Assembly: GCA_963752475.1 (NCBI GenBank)
Contig: CAVVYR010000008.1
Coordinates: 416,001 to 480,000 of the forward strand
DNA from: an uncultured Chloroflexia bacterium
Lineage (GTDB): Bacteria; Chloroflexota; Limnocylindria; Limnocylindrales; CSP1-4
Length of the DNA: 64,000 nt
Direction of reading: 5' to 3'
A program made the translations under genes and the position numbers. The notes beneath the pieces were generated by a model. That model saw nothing but the letters and a program-made list of their open reading frames with translations. It did not search any database and was not told the origin of the DNA. Below, one piece after another: positions 62,518 through 64,000 of this stretch; within the stretch, counting starts at the first letter, position 1, and each line of letters starts with the position of its first letter.

Positions 62518-62960
62518 TCTTGTGTCACAGAACTGTCAACTATCCTGTCATCGATCAGGCACGAAGGATGCCATCAGCCCATCAGGGTCCGTGAGTGTCC
62601 CATGGATAGGGTTGTGCCGCAAGCACCATCGCTTCGACGAGCACGTGTGCCGGTCACGCACGTATCCTGCGCTCGACCGGGCCCAGCTCACCTCGCGTGC
62701 GTCACGGGCACCGCATGGGGACCGTTGCTGGACGCGCTAGTGGCACGCAGGCGTCGAGCCGCAAGGGGCCAGGTGCGTACGTGGCGTCCCTGGCAGGCCA
62801 CGCCCTCAGGGCACCGGCGCCGCTTCCTGGAGCGGAGGTGGCCACCCCGAGCTCCGCGCATCACCTGAACCGCGAGCGGCCGGAGCGGGCGAGTCGGACA
62901 TGACCGCGCGGCGGCAGGAAACGGAGATGTCGGCGCGGCAGGAAACCAGACGTCGGGGCG

Positions 62961-63647
62961 TTAGGACTCGACCGAGGCGATCTCGGGCACGTGCCCGATG
63001 AGCTGCATACGCAGGTCGTTCTCGCACTCGGTGCGGGAGATGGCGATGACCTTGTCGCCCTCCTGGAAGATCGTCTCGGTGGTGACCGCCTGAGCCCGGT
63101 CGTCACGGATGACCACGAAGAGCGTACAGCCCTCCGGCAGCGCGATGTCCGCCGGACGACGGCCGAGGGCAGGGGAGTCCTCGGCGATCTGTGCCTCCAG
63201 CAGTTCCAGCTCGCCGCCCTCGAGGTTGGCCAGGTGCAGCAGCTCGTGGACCGGGATGTCCTGCTCGATGGCGGCCAGCACCATACGCGTGGGGCTGATG
63301 ATCTCGTCCACGCCGAGGTTGCGGAAGAGGATCTCGTTGCGGGGGTTGTTGACGCGGGCGATGGTGCGCGGCACATCGAAGTGGTGCTTTGCCATCTGGC
63401 ACACGACGAGGTTGTCGGCGTCGTCGCCGGTCACGGCGGCCACGATGGTGGCCCGGTTGGCGCCGGCTTCCGCGAGATGCGTGCCCTCGCAGCCGTCACG
63501 GTTGACCACGACCGCACCAAGCTCGTCACGGATGCGCTCGGCCGCGCGCGGGTCCTTCTCCATGAGCACGATCTCGTGGCCTTCGGCGAGAAGTTCCTTG
63601 GTCAGATAGAAGCCGATGCGGCCTCCACCCACGACGATCACGAACAC
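62961..63647 (-). CDS. TrkA/KtrA-type RCK protein (TrkA-N + TrkA-C)
   Basis: VGGGRIG, AVTGDD..N, IARVNNP, IISP, C-terminal GDKV. Confidence 0.92.
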   Translation of the reverse strand: MFVIVVGGGRIGFYLTKELLAEGHEIVLMEKDPRAAERIRDELGAVVVNRDGCEGTHLAEAGANRATIVAAVTGDDADNLVVCQMAKHHFDVPRTIARVNNPRNEILFRNLGVDEIISPTRMVLAAIEQDIPVHELLHLANLEGGELELLEAQIAEDSPALGRRPADIALPEGCTLFVVIRDDRAQAVTTETIFQEGDKVIAISRTECENDLRMQLIGHVPEIASVES

Positions 63648-63648
63648 G

Positions 63649-64000
63649 TCAGCGGTCTCCAGTCCTGGGGGCGGGCATCGGCTCGCCGGCGGCAGCGGGT
63701 GCCTGGGCCTCGGGTGTCGGCGGGGGAGCGACGGCGACGGTGACACCGGACGCACCCGGCACGCCGGGCTTGCCCATGTAGCGGCTGATGCCGTCGATCA
63801 TCATCTCAGTGCGGTTGATGGTGTCGATGCCCAGTGTCGAGTAGGCCTTGGAGCGCACCGGATCGTTGATCTTGCACAGCACGTGCGGGATGCGGAACTC
63901 CTGCTTGGCCAGCTGTGCGGCGAGGATGTTGCGGTTGTCGCCGTTGGTCAGCGCGAAGAACCACTCGCACTCGCTCGCACCTGCACGCTCGAGCACGCTG
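63649..64000 (-). CDS. TrkA-N protein, 5'-truncated by the window edge
   Basis: LERAG, ALTNGDNRNILAAQLAK, KINDP. Confidence 0.85.
   Translation of the reverse strand, partial: SVLERAGASECEWFFALTNGDNRNILAAQLAKQEFRIPHVLCKINDPVRSKAYSTLGIDTINRTEMMIDGISRYMGKPGVPGASGVTVAVAPPPTPEAQAPAAAGEPMPAPRTGDR

Overview
High-GC bacterial chromosomal window. I infer Chloroflexota from gene content and protein style, but this is not verified. It spans the replication origin region (smpB, tmRNA, jag-yidC-yidD-rnpA-rpmH, csaA, dnaA, oriC, dnaN, recF, dciA). Next is a ~15 kb glycolipid/glycoprotein locus: GT2, three GT-C proteins including a ~1720-aa fusion, and an arsR-pgsA-ino1-acyltransferase x2-PHP-pimA operon resembling actinobacterial phosphatidylinositol-mannoside synthesis. 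After that come an MFS/otsB pair, a complex I (nuo) operon, folK, a sulfatase, a divergent purH, an hsp20-hspR-lon-dnaJ-clpB heat-shock operon and two trkA-like genes. The most striking observation is the complex I architecture. nuoI is split between its two 4Fe-4S motifs, and an input module sits in the gap. That module is a NuoE-like domain fused to the NuoI N-half, a NuoF-like protein lacking its Fe-S cysteines, and a NuoG-N/GltD-like flavoprotein carrying the NuoI C-half. This suggests an NADPH-linked complex I. No CRISPR array, tRNA, rRNA or transposase was seen. All calls come from reading motifs by eye; no searches were run.
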